15,254 nucleotides of DNA from an uncultured archaeon (GTDB taxonomy: Archaea; Asgardarchaeota; Heimdallarchaeia; Heimdallarchaeales; Kariarchaeaceae): assembly GCA_964645535.1 (NCBI GenBank), contig CAZYCQ010000018.1, positions 18,249 to 33,502 of the forward strand, written 5' to 3'. The notes under the pieces are model-generated. The model was given only the letters and a program-made list of their open reading frames with translations. It ran no database searches and was not told where the DNA came from. Positions 8,463 through 15,205 of this stretch are shown in pieces. The first letter of the stretch is position 1. The number at the start of each line of letters is the position of its first letter. A program made the position numbers and the translations under genes.

Positions 8463-9212
8463 ATGGGTAAGAAAATTTTAGTACAGAGACGTGGCCGTGG
8501 TGGACCAGTATTTCGGGCAGCAGGGCATAAAAGAATCGAACCAATAAAATACAGGAAAATCTCACGAGAGGAGATGACTTCTTCGTTCAGCGGAAAGGTA
8601 GTTTCGCTCCACCATGAACCTGGACGGGGTGCACCTCTTGCGAAAGTCCTGTTTGAAGACGGACAAAGTAAATATGTCCTCCCCGCTGAGGGCTTGGCAG
8701 TAGGTGACACAATCTACTATGGTGCTACTGCTGAAATCGCACCAGGCAATGTTTTGCCTTTGAAGTTCATGCCGGTGCGAACCCCTGTGTTCAACATTGA
8801 GTTACGTGCAGGTGATGGTGGTAAATTGGTCCGAACTGCTGGAGCAACGGCCTCCATTGATTCAAAGACCGATAAATGGGTATTTGTCAAACTGCCTTCT
8901 GGAAGAATCAAGAAGTTTCCTCCAGAAGCTCGGGCTACTGTTGGTGTTGTTGCAGGAGGTGGTATCACCAAAAAACCCCTCCTCAAGGCCGGTAACAAAT
9001 ACCACAAGAAACGTGCCAAGGGTCACAAGTATCCTCGTGTCAGGGGTACTGCGATGAACCCAGTCAAACACCCACACGGTGGTGGTGCTCACCAATCTCC
9101 TCCAAGATCGACTACCGTTTCACGGAATGCTCCTCCTGGGAGAAAAGTTGGTCTTATTGCGGCTCGTAGAACTGGTATTAAACGGGGTCGTCAGGCAAAG
9201 ACAAATCAGTGA
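8463..9212 (+). CDS. rpl2: 50S ribosomal protein L2
   Basis: MGKKILVQRRGRGGPVFRA...GTAMNPVKHPHGGG is the hallmark of L2. GAGGTGA lies 5 nt upstream of the ATG. Confidence 0.95.
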   Translation: MGKKILVQRRGRGGPVFRAAGHKRIEPIKYRKISREEMTSSFSGKVVSLHHEPGRGAPLAKVLFEDGQSKYVLPAEGLAVGDTIYYGATAEIAPGNVLPLKFMPVRTPVFNIELRAGDGGKLVRTAGATASIDSKTDKWVFVKLPSGRIKKFPPEARATVGVVAGGGITKKPLLKAGNKYHKKRAKGHKYPRVRGTAMNPVKHPHGGGAHQSPPRSTTVSRNAPPGRKVGLIAARRTGIKRGRQAKTNQ

Positions 9213-9221
9213 TTTGAATAT

Positions 9222-10019
9222 TTACTTAATCCGTATTTTCTTCCGAAACGAAAAATCAATTGGATTATCTTCCAGATTTATTTCTTCAAGATTTGGACAT
9301 AGCTTGATTAGATTTGATGGTACTTCTGTCAATTCATTTCCGGAAAGATCAAGCTTTTTCAAACTATATAATTCTTTTTTGGAACCAATTTTCAAGGTCA
9401 CCAAATTATTCTCTGAAAGATTCAATTCAACAAGGGAAAGGGGCAATTGCATCAAATCAAAAGAGAAGAGTCGATTCCCTCGTAGGTTGAGCCTTGCCAC
9501 TTCCATTCCTTGGAAAAATCCATCCGGTATACTCGAAATCTCGTTATTGGACAGATCTAGAATATCCAGATCCAGTGTTTTTACAAGGTTCGATCGAATT
9601 TCATTCAGTGCATTCCTATGCAAATCAAGTATGCGAAGATTTCGAAGATGATTAAATGTGCCCTCTTCAATTTGTCTGATCCTGTTTTCCCCGAGAAAAA
9701 GCTTTTCTAGCTCTCTGTTATTCCAGAAAAGTTGTTTTGGAATACATTCCAATCGGTTACGGGAAAGATTGACTTCCTTCAGATTTGGCATTTTTGCAAA
9801 AAAGTGGTCAGGAACTGTGTTAAGGTCATTTAGCTGGAGATCAATTTTTTCAAGATAAGGTAGCCGAAGTTTTAGTGAAGAGGGAATCTCAACCAGTCTC
9901 ATCTCAGAAAGATAAAGTTCCACAACTCTAATTTCCCCGTCTACCTGTCGTGTGACGATCTGGTTCCGTGAAATCCCCAAGTGCCTGATCAAACTCTGTA
10001 TCTGTTCCGAATCATCCAT
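9222..10019 (-). CDS. Leucine-rich repeat (LRR) protein, about 9-10 repeats, no other recognisable domain
   Basis: There are consecutive units of about 24 aa matching LxxLxLxxNxLxxIP. Examples are LEKIDLQLNDLNTVP, LKEVNLSRNRLECIP, LEKLFLGENRIRQI, LRILDLHRNALNEI, LDILDLSNNEISSIP, LVELNLSENNLVTL and LKKLDLSGNELTEVP. No signal peptide is evident. Confidence 0.85.
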   Translation of the reverse strand: MDDSEQIQSLIRHLGISRNQIVTRQVDGEIRVVELYLSEMRLVEIPSSLKLRLPYLEKIDLQLNDLNTVPDHFFAKMPNLKEVNLSRNRLECIPKQLFWNNRELEKLFLGENRIRQIEEGTFNHLRNLRILDLHRNALNEIRSNLVKTLDLDILDLSNNEISSIPDGFFQGMEVARLNLRGNRLFSFDLMQLPLSLVELNLSENNLVTLKIGSKKELYSLKKLDLSGNELTEVPSNLIKLCPNLEEINLEDNPIDFSFRKKIRIK

Positions 10020-10072
10020 TCCTAAGGATTCTACTCTCTCCTTCAGTTAAAAAGACCTTGTTCTGCCCCAAA

Positions 10073-10411
10073 TTAAAAGGATAGTGCATCAATAAGGTCT
10101 TTGAGAGAGTTTCTGACTGCCACATTTTTCTCATGGATGCAAATCCTCTTCAGGTCTGCAATGTATTTATGGTGTGTGGGTTCTATCCATTCGCTCAATT
10201 TTTCAATTGCTTCAAGCTTTTGTTCTAATCCTAGACTCCCCATAATATCTTCAATCAACTCTTGGATCAAATAGTCCTGTAACCTACTTGCAATTTCCAT
10301 ATCCTCTCTAAAGACCTTTGATTGAACTGCTGAATTCGGTTCAGTGAACATTGTGACGCTTAGGTCATGGTAATCCATGTACTGATACTGAGCGTCTAGA
10401 TGCATTGCCAT
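10073..10411 (-). CDS. Hypothetical small acidic helical protein (possible single HEAT-like repeat)
   Basis: This 112-aa ORF runs in the same direction as the LRR gene and lies 53 nt upstream of it. The C-terminal segment KRICIHEKNVAVRNSLKDLIDAL resembles the D..VR..A..AL pattern of HEAT/PBS-lyase repeats. This is a weak call. Confidence 0.4.
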   Translation of the reverse strand: MAMHLDAQYQYMDYHDLSVTMFTEPNSAVQSKVFREDMEIASRLQDYLIQELIEDIMGSLGLEQKLEAIEKLSEWIEPTHHKYIADLKRICIHEKNVAVRNSLKDLIDALSF

Positions 10412-10507
10412 AAGTCAACCTCTCCCCTCCAATAAATAAAGGACGGAAGACCATTTTCAAAGTGAACCTCATGAAATCTCCTTTCTACACAATAATTTTC
10501 AGTACAA

Positions 10508-10870
10508 TTGTTTTTGCCTTGGCCATGGGTTCAGATCAAAGAAGCTATTAGGAAAGTTGCACCAATTAAAATTGTGGGAAACAGCCGCCTTGATAAACTT
10601 CAATCCTTTCTGTCAGGTGACGAAACGATTATCGATCTAGGAACAGTAGGGGATGAAGCATATATCATTACAAATTTTCGTCTGCTGATCTACACCAAGG
10701 ATGGTTGGATGCTGGAATTTTATCCCGAAGAGATATATCTCCGACCATGGATTATTAACGGACGCAAGTACCTCCATTTGGATTATCTTAGTAGCTATGA
10801 TTACTTTTTCGAAGATCTGGGTATGGAGGCGGAAAAATTAGTGCAGATTTTCCATAAGGCATTCAACTAA
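10508..10870 (+). CDS. Hypothetical protein with a prokaryotic PH-like (bPH/GRAM-like) signature
   Basis: LQSFLSGDETIIDLGTVGDEAYIITNFRLLIYTKDG resembles the L..gE.v........lvlTn.Rli pattern of bacterial PH-like domains. No in-frame ATG exists. Candidate starts are TTG 10508, TTG 10514 and GTG 10574. Confidence 0.45.
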   Translation: MFLPWPWVQIKEAIRKVAPIKIVGNSRLDKLQSFLSGDETIIDLGTVGDEAYIITNFRLLIYTKDGWMLEFYPEEIYLRPWIINGRKYLHLDYLSSYDYFFEDLGMEAEKLVQIFHKAFN

Positions 10871-10884
10871 CCAATTCCCTCTTC

Positions 10885-10891
10885 TTTTTTT
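10885..10891 (+). terminator. Oligo-T tract (candidate archaeal intrinsic terminator)
   Basis: A run of seven T lies 15 nt after the stop of the PH-like gene and before the ATPase gene. Confidence 0.35.
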
Positions 10892-10916
10892 CGTTAAATG
10901 GTAGATCTCCCTATCA

Positions 10917-13871
10917 ATGCTTAAAAACATAAAAGCTCTGTTCGGATTTGAAAATATGTCAATTTCCCTTCCCCATGCTATCCCTCTTGATGAATTGTTG
11001 TCTCAGCTCCATACTGACAGGCGATCTGGTCTAAACCTCCAAAAAGTAAGGGAACACTACCGGAAATATGGGGAAAACGAAATAATCACAAAATCTCCCA
11101 GCATTTGGAAGATATATCTAGCCCCGCTTTTTGATGTTCTTATCACCATTTACCTGATCATGACTGGATTTTTGGTCATTCTGGCGATCTGGTATCCGCC
11201 AATTCTTGGCCAAGTTCTTTTTTGGCTTTCAATTATCGCCTTCAACATGGCAATCGCTATTTTTCAACAATTTCGTGCTCAGAAGAAACTAGATGCCTTA
11301 CGTAATCTTTCACCACCCAAGGCAAAAGTCATCAGGGAAGGAGTTGTGTCTGAAATTGATGCCAAATTTCTTGTTCCGGGTGATCTTGTTATCCTTGAAT
11401 TAGGCGACCGGGTTTCTGCGGATATGAGAATTCTTTCATCCGTCAACCTCACGGTTAATGAAGCATCGCTTACTGGAGAAAGCAAGGCAGTAAACAAGGT
11501 TGAAGATGGCTCTATCCGACTGCCTGAAGACACCCCAATTGCCGAAAGAAAGAATATGCTCTATATGGGAACCTTCATACAAACTGGAAATGCTAGAGCG
11601 ATTGTCTGTAACACCGGCAATGACACTGAACTTGGATCCATTGCCCAAGAAATTTCTGAAATGCAATCATTGGAAATTCCCTTGCGAAGCAGGGTTAATG
11701 CCATTGCAAAAAAACTTGTGGCTGTCATGCTTGTCCTTTTTGTAGCCTCAGTTATCTTTAAATTCTATATCCGAATTACCCACCATCTTCCCATGACTCC
11801 AGAAGCCATCTCCCAAGATCTTGTTCAGAGTATTATCACAGCTATGTCAGTGATGCCAATCAACATCCCACTCCTGACAACAATAATCCTCATCACGGGT
11901 GTTGTACGTATGGCTCAGGAAAATGTAATCGTCAAGGAACTGTCCGTAATCGAAACCTTGGGGCGGACATCTGTTCTGTGTTCTGACAAGACTGGAACCA
12001 TGACCACTTCAAAAATGGCTGTTTCACGGATCTGGGATACGGAAAACTATTATGCCGTCAAATTTGATGAAATTGGAACCGTTTCAATCTATCAAATCGA
12101 TGAGACCATGAAACGGGATGCAACAGAGCTTGAACAGTTCCTCTTTACTCAAATGAACCAAGTACCGAGAGATTCTGCACTTGAACTTCTCCTCACTGCA
12201 ACAACTCTGAATAATGACGCCAATCTGATCATTGAGGATGTCTACGGTGAAAAGGGCTTGAATCTCTGGGAAGCCGTGGGAAATGCAACAGATGCCGCAT
12301 TTCTTATCCTGTCCTACAGATCCGCTTTAGATCAGGATTATATCCGAAAGAGGTATGTCAAACTTCGTGATTATCCTTTCAACTCAACCGTCAAAAGGAT
12401 GACCAAACTTTTCCATGATACCCTCGAAAATGACTACATGGTATTTTCTAAAGGAGCTGCTGAAGTTCTTCTTCCCCGATGTTCCCAAATCGGCAATGAA
12501 GGACGTCGAAAGGTTAGGGAATTGGGAAATGAAGAAAAAGAGGCTATTCAGAAGGATATTGATAGCTTTGCCAACCTCGGCTACCGTGTGGTTGTAGTTG
12601 CCTATAAAGCAATTGATTCCATCCCTGAATTTGCAAATCCTGATGAAGAACGCAATTGGATGGAAAGTGATTTGACCTTTATAGGATTTGCATGCCTTTT
12701 GGATCCTCCTCGTCCTGGTGTTAAAGAAGCTGTCCGAAAGCTTGACGAAGCTGGGATTTTTCCCATCATGATTACCGGTGATTCTCCAAAAACAGCTTCG
12801 ACAATTGCAGCACAGGTCGGCATCCTTGACCCTGATGAAATAGTCATTGAGGGAAAACAAATTCCGAAACTGTCCGAGGAGGACTTTTTCAAAGTTTCTG
12901 TTTTTGCTAGAGTTTCCCCGCAGGACAAGAAGATCATTGTGGATAAATATCAAAGAAGAGGTGATGTGGTTACTATGACGGGCGATGGCGTCAACGATTC
13001 CCTAGCCATCACCCGTGCAGATGCAGGTGTTGCCATGGGAATCACAGGAACTGAAGTAACCAAAGAATCTGCCGACATTATCTTGGCTGATGATTCGTAT
13101 GTAAGCCTTGTCAAGGGTGTTGAGCAGGGCAGATCTCTCTTTGAAAAAATCCGGATGGTGATCTTCTTTTTCATTGCAGTAAATATTGCTGAAGGTATCG
13201 TTTACTTCTCCACTTCTTTTCTTCCTGGTTTTGTGTTGCTCAATAATGCCCAAAGAGCGTTTATTTTTTCAATAATGCATGGTATCCCTCCAGCAGTCCT
13301 GATCTTTGATTCCATGGATAAGGACATCATGAAGCTCAAACCTCGGCAACACGATGCGGTGATCAACAAACGGCTGTTCATGGCAATGCTCTCTTTCATT
13401 CTGCCCTTCTCAGCAATATTGATCGGTATCTATTTTTTCAGTTACAACGAATATATCCCCCTAACTCAAGTCAATTTGCAAGGCATCACTCCAATATTGC
13501 AAACTGATGGGTCTTCTCTTCATCCAACCTCATATTCGCAAGCTAAGGCACGAACCATGTTGATCGCTTCAATCTACTTGACAGAATCCCTTTTCATCTT
13601 CTCTATTCGGAGAATCAACCAATCATTCCTTCAATCTGTAAAGGATGCTTCTATCTTTGTTTGGTTCATGGTGGTCTTTGGCCCTCTCATCCTGCTTATT
13701 ACTATGTATTTCACTCCCATTCAAATTATTGCTGCTGAGCATGGTTTCAGAGTGGATTTATTGTGGCTTGGCCCTATGGACTGGTTAATTTGCTTATCGC
13801 TTGCTGTTATCCCAATCATTGTGCTTGAATCTTTCAAATCACTTATGCGTAAACAAGAAGTTCAATTCTGA
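10917..13871 (+). CDS. P-type cation-transporting ATPase, P2 (SERCA/PMCA-like) architecture with atypical transmembrane ion-site residues
   Basis: The N-terminal cation-ATPase motif is present (GLNLQKVREHYRKYGENEI). The core motifs are TGES, the phosphorylation site CSDKTGTMTT (Asp codon 11985-11987), KGA, DPPR, MITGD and TGDGVNDS. About 10 TM segments are predicted. An alternative start is ATG 10950. Confidence 0.9.
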   Translation: MLKNIKALFGFENMSISLPHAIPLDELLSQLHTDRRSGLNLQKVREHYRKYGENEIITKSPSIWKIYLAPLFDVLITIYLIMTGFLVILAIWYPPILGQVLFWLSIIAFNMAIAIFQQFRAQKKLDALRNLSPPKAKVIREGVVSEIDAKFLVPGDLVILELGDRVSADMRILSSVNLTVNEASLTGESKAVNKVEDGSIRLPEDTPIAERKNMLYMGTFIQTGNARAIVCNTGNDTELGSIAQEISEMQSLEIPLRSRVNAIAKKLVAVMLVLFVASVIFKFYIRITHHLPMTPEAISQDLVQSIITAMSVMPINIPLLTTIILITGVVRMAQENVIVKELSVIETLGRTSVLCSDKTGTMTTSKMAVSRIWDTENYYAVKFDEIGTVSIYQIDETMKRDATELEQFLFTQMNQVPRDSALELLLTATTLNNDANLIIEDVYGEKGLNLWEAVGNATDAAFLILSYRSALDQDYIRKRYVKLRDYPFNSTVKRMTKLFHDTLENDYMVFSKGAAEVLLPRCSQIGNEGRRKVRELGNEEKEAIQKDIDSFANLGYRVVVVAYKAIDSIPEFANPDEERNWMESDLTFIGFACLLDPPRPGVKEAVRKLDEAGIFPIMITGDSPKTASTIAAQVGILDPDEIVIEGKQIPKLSEEDFFKVSVFARVSPQDKKIIVDKYQRRGDVVTMTGDGVNDSLAITRADAGVAMGITGTEVTKESADIILADDSYVSLVKGVEQGRSLFEKIRMVIFFFIAVNIAEGIVYFSTSFLPGFVLLNNAQRAFIFSIMHGIPPAVLIFDSMDKDIMKLKPRQHDAVINKRLFMAMLSFILPFSAILIGIYFFSYNEYIPLTQVNLQGITPILQTDGSSLHPTSYSQAKARTMLIASIYLTESLFIFSIRRINQSFLQSVKDASIFVWFMVVFGPLILLITMYFTPIQIIAAEHGFRVDLLWLGPMDWLICLSLAVIPIIVLESFKSLMRKQEVQF

Positions 13872-14383
13872 CTCTGTTCCCTTGTTTCCTTTTCCCGTAG
13901 CATTGTTGATGATATTTTATTGCCTCTTTCGTCAGTGACCCATTGGATGGTGTAAATGAATAACGGCTTCAATCCGTTTTCCTTTCTCATCTGATTGATT
14001 TTTTCTGCTGCAGGATATGTCTCTTCTGATACCACGATCAGGTCTGCCTTTTCGTCATAAGGGGCAGGGCCCCAAGGATCCTTCAATTCATCAACTATGG
14101 CTCTCGCCTTAAATTGGGATAGGTATTCTTCAACTTTTGCTTTTCTGACTCGATACGGCTGTATCTTATCTCCATGGCGTTTCTTGGCAAATAGACGCCT
14201 TCCAAGTTCTTCCCCAACAACGCCTACAAAAACCTCTCTTGCCAAATGAGCTGCTGTTTTGAGAAGAAGGCGGTGTGCGGCATGTAACCTATCGAATGTC
14301 CCTCCCATCACGCATTTGCTGAATGGTTTCTCCGAATTGTCTACCTCTTGCTTCAAAAATTTTTCATAAGAATCCTGCAACAT
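13862..14383 (-). CDS. coaD: Phosphopantetheine adenylyltransferase (archaeal-type PPAT, CoA biosynthesis)
   Basis: The GGTFDRLHAAH motif is typical of the archaeal PPAT/cytidylyltransferase fold, and DPWGPA...IVVSEET...INQMRKENGLKPL is also present. The 3' end overlaps the ATPase 3' end by 10 bp. Confidence 0.75.
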   Translation of the reverse strand: MLQDSYEKFLKQEVDNSEKPFSKCVMGGTFDRLHAAHRLLLKTAAHLAREVFVGVVGEELGRRLFAKKRHGDKIQPYRVRKAKVEEYLSQFKARAIVDELKDPWGPAPYDEKADLIVVSEETYPAAEKINQMRKENGLKPLFIYTIQWVTDERGNKISSTMLREKETREQSQN

Positions 14384-14406
14384 CTAGCAGTTCAATCTCG
14401 TTTATT

Positions 14407-14874
14407 TTAATCCGTCGTTATAAGCCCTTTGAGAATGGCCAGACCAATTGAAAGCGTTCCGATAGACCCTATATCTCCAACAGGGAGTTGCACCGATCTT
14501 CCCATGTCCAAGTCTTTTCTGGATAGGCCTGGATCGCTTCCTCCGAATACAATTGCATATTTTCTCCCCTTGATTTGTTCTGCTAGATTTTTATCCAATT
14601 TCTCTTTTCCATAGGGTGGTGGTGCAACAAGAATCACCTCTTCAGGAGAGAAAAGATCAACTACATCCTGTAAAGAATATAGAACCAGAAAATTTGCACG
14701 TTCCTTAAAGGCCAATTTTTGAGCCGCAGGCACCCCCTTCTGTGCCGCAGACCCTTGAGCCTGTGAAATAACCATAGTTTTGTATCCAAGTCCCGAGGCA
14801 ATTCGAACAAATTCCGTACAACGACTTGAAGAGCTTATGTTATGCATAACCACGATCGGCCATATGTCTTCCAT
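14407..14874 (-). CDS. SPOUT-like (alpha/beta-knot) protein of unknown function, archaeal DUF-type
   Basis: The C-terminal IVFGGSDPGLSRKDLDMG..VQLPVGDIGSIGTLSIGLAIL resembles SpoU/TrmH motifs 2-3 (fG.E..GLs ... IP ... SLN...A..I). The gene lies 23 nt upstream of PPAT and is co-directional with it. Confidence 0.4.
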   Translation of the reverse strand: MEDIWPIVVMHNISSSSRCTEFVRIASGLGYKTMVISQAQGSAAQKGVPAAQKLAFKERANFLVLYSLQDVVDLFSPEEVILVAPPPYGKEKLDKNLAEQIKGRKYAIVFGGSDPGLSRKDLDMGRSVQLPVGDIGSIGTLSIGLAILKGLITTD

Positions 14875-14968
14875 ATCATTCTCTTAATAGGATCATTTAT
14901 GAGAGATAGGGTTGGTCACATTCATAAAACATCCCTCAGTTACTTTTTCTTGTTACCTAATTTAATTC

Positions 14969-14975
14969 TTATATA
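14969..14975 (+). promoter_or_regulatory. Candidate TATA box driving the 5S locus
   Basis: TTATATA sits in AT-rich DNA. A start about 25 nt downstream would fall near 15000, just before the leader hairpin AUCAAC-UACG-GUUGAU (15003-15018). Confidence 0.35.
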
Positions 14976-15026
14976 CTATGGCAATTTGATTTGATATGTA
15001 AGATCAACTACGGTTGATATCCGGAG

Positions 15027-15046
15027 GGTTCTCCCACCAGAGAGTT
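15027..15046 (+). other. 5' strand of the predicted bulge-helix-bulge (BHB) processing motif (leader / start of the 5S 3' half)
   Basis: CUCCCA 15031-15036 pairs with UGGGAG 15167-15172. CCAG 15037-15040 pairs with CUGG 15160-15163. AGA 15041-15043 forms a bulge. GUU 15044-15046 pairs with AAC 15157-15159. GGU 15027-15029 pairs with ACC 15175-15177. Confidence 0.55.
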
Positions 15047-15091
15047 AAGCCCGGCATCGGACGACCCATGTACTGATTTCCGCGAGGGATC
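15037..15091 (+). repeat. Direct repeat copy 1 (55 bp, perfect)
   Basis: ccagagagttaagcccggcatcggacgacccatgtactgatttccgcgagggatc is identical to 15200-15254, at an offset of 163 nt. Confidence 0.95.
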
Positions 15092-15165
15092 GGGAAAGGC
15101 GTCACGCTGTGATACGATCACGGTCATAGAGCCGGTGTGCACCCAGAAACATTCCGAACCTGGAT
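15043..15165 (+). rRNA. rrf: 5S rRNA encoded in circularly permuted order: 3' half (15043-15113), ACG triloop (15114-15116), 5' half (15117-15165)
   Basis: 15117-15165 (AUCACGGUCAUAGAGCCGGUGUGCACCCAGAAACAUUCCGAACCUGGA) matches the archaeal 5S 5' half. 15043-15113 (AGUUAAGCCCGGCAUC...GUACUG...CGCGAGGGAUCGGGAA...GCUGUGAU) matches the 3' half. Helix I is AUCACGGU (15117-15124) paired with GCUGUGAU (15106-15113). Helix II is GCCGG (15131-15135) paired with CCGGC (15051-15055). Confidence 0.8.
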
Positions 15166-15177
15166 TTGGGAGTGACC
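15157..15177 (+). other. 3' strand of the predicted BHB processing motif (end of the 5S 5' half / trailer)
   Basis: In order: AAC, then CUGG, then the AUU bulge (15164-15166), then UGGGAG, then UG, then ACC. See the partner strand at 15027-15046 for the pairings. Each 3-nt bulge lies 3' of the 4-bp helix on its own strand, as in canonical hBHBh' substrates. Confidence 0.55.
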
Positions 15178-15205
15178 TGTCCCCGCAAAGGTGCTTTCTC
15201 CAGAG
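15166..15205 (+). other. 40-nt spacer between the 5S 5' half and the second 3'-half copy (trailer of unit 1, or a BHB intron)
   Basis: Its ends can form the same BHB with the second copy. GGGAG 15168-15172 pairs with CUUUC 15194-15198 (two G-U pairs). CUGG 15160-15163 pairs with CCAG 15200-15203. The bulges are AUU 15164-15166 and AGA 15204-15206. AAC 15157-15159 pairs with GUU 15207-15209. Confidence 0.5.

Noticed and set aside
7835-8710. 291-aa ORF on the minus strand
   Set aside because: It lies entirely antisense to rpl4, rpl23 and rpl2, which have unmistakable family sequences. It is a Ser/Arg/Pro-rich shadow ORF with no motif.
9079-9651. 190-aa ORF on the plus strand
   Set aside because: It is antisense to the LRR gene. 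Its low-complexity, Ser/Arg/Phe-rich translation mirrors the LRR periodicity, whereas the minus-strand frame gives clean LxxLxLxxN repeats.
12384-12953. 189-aa and 111-aa minus-strand ORFs inside the ATPase gene
   Set aside because: They are antisense to the DPPR/MITGD/GDGVND region of a continuous 984-aa P-type ATPase and carry no motifs of their own.
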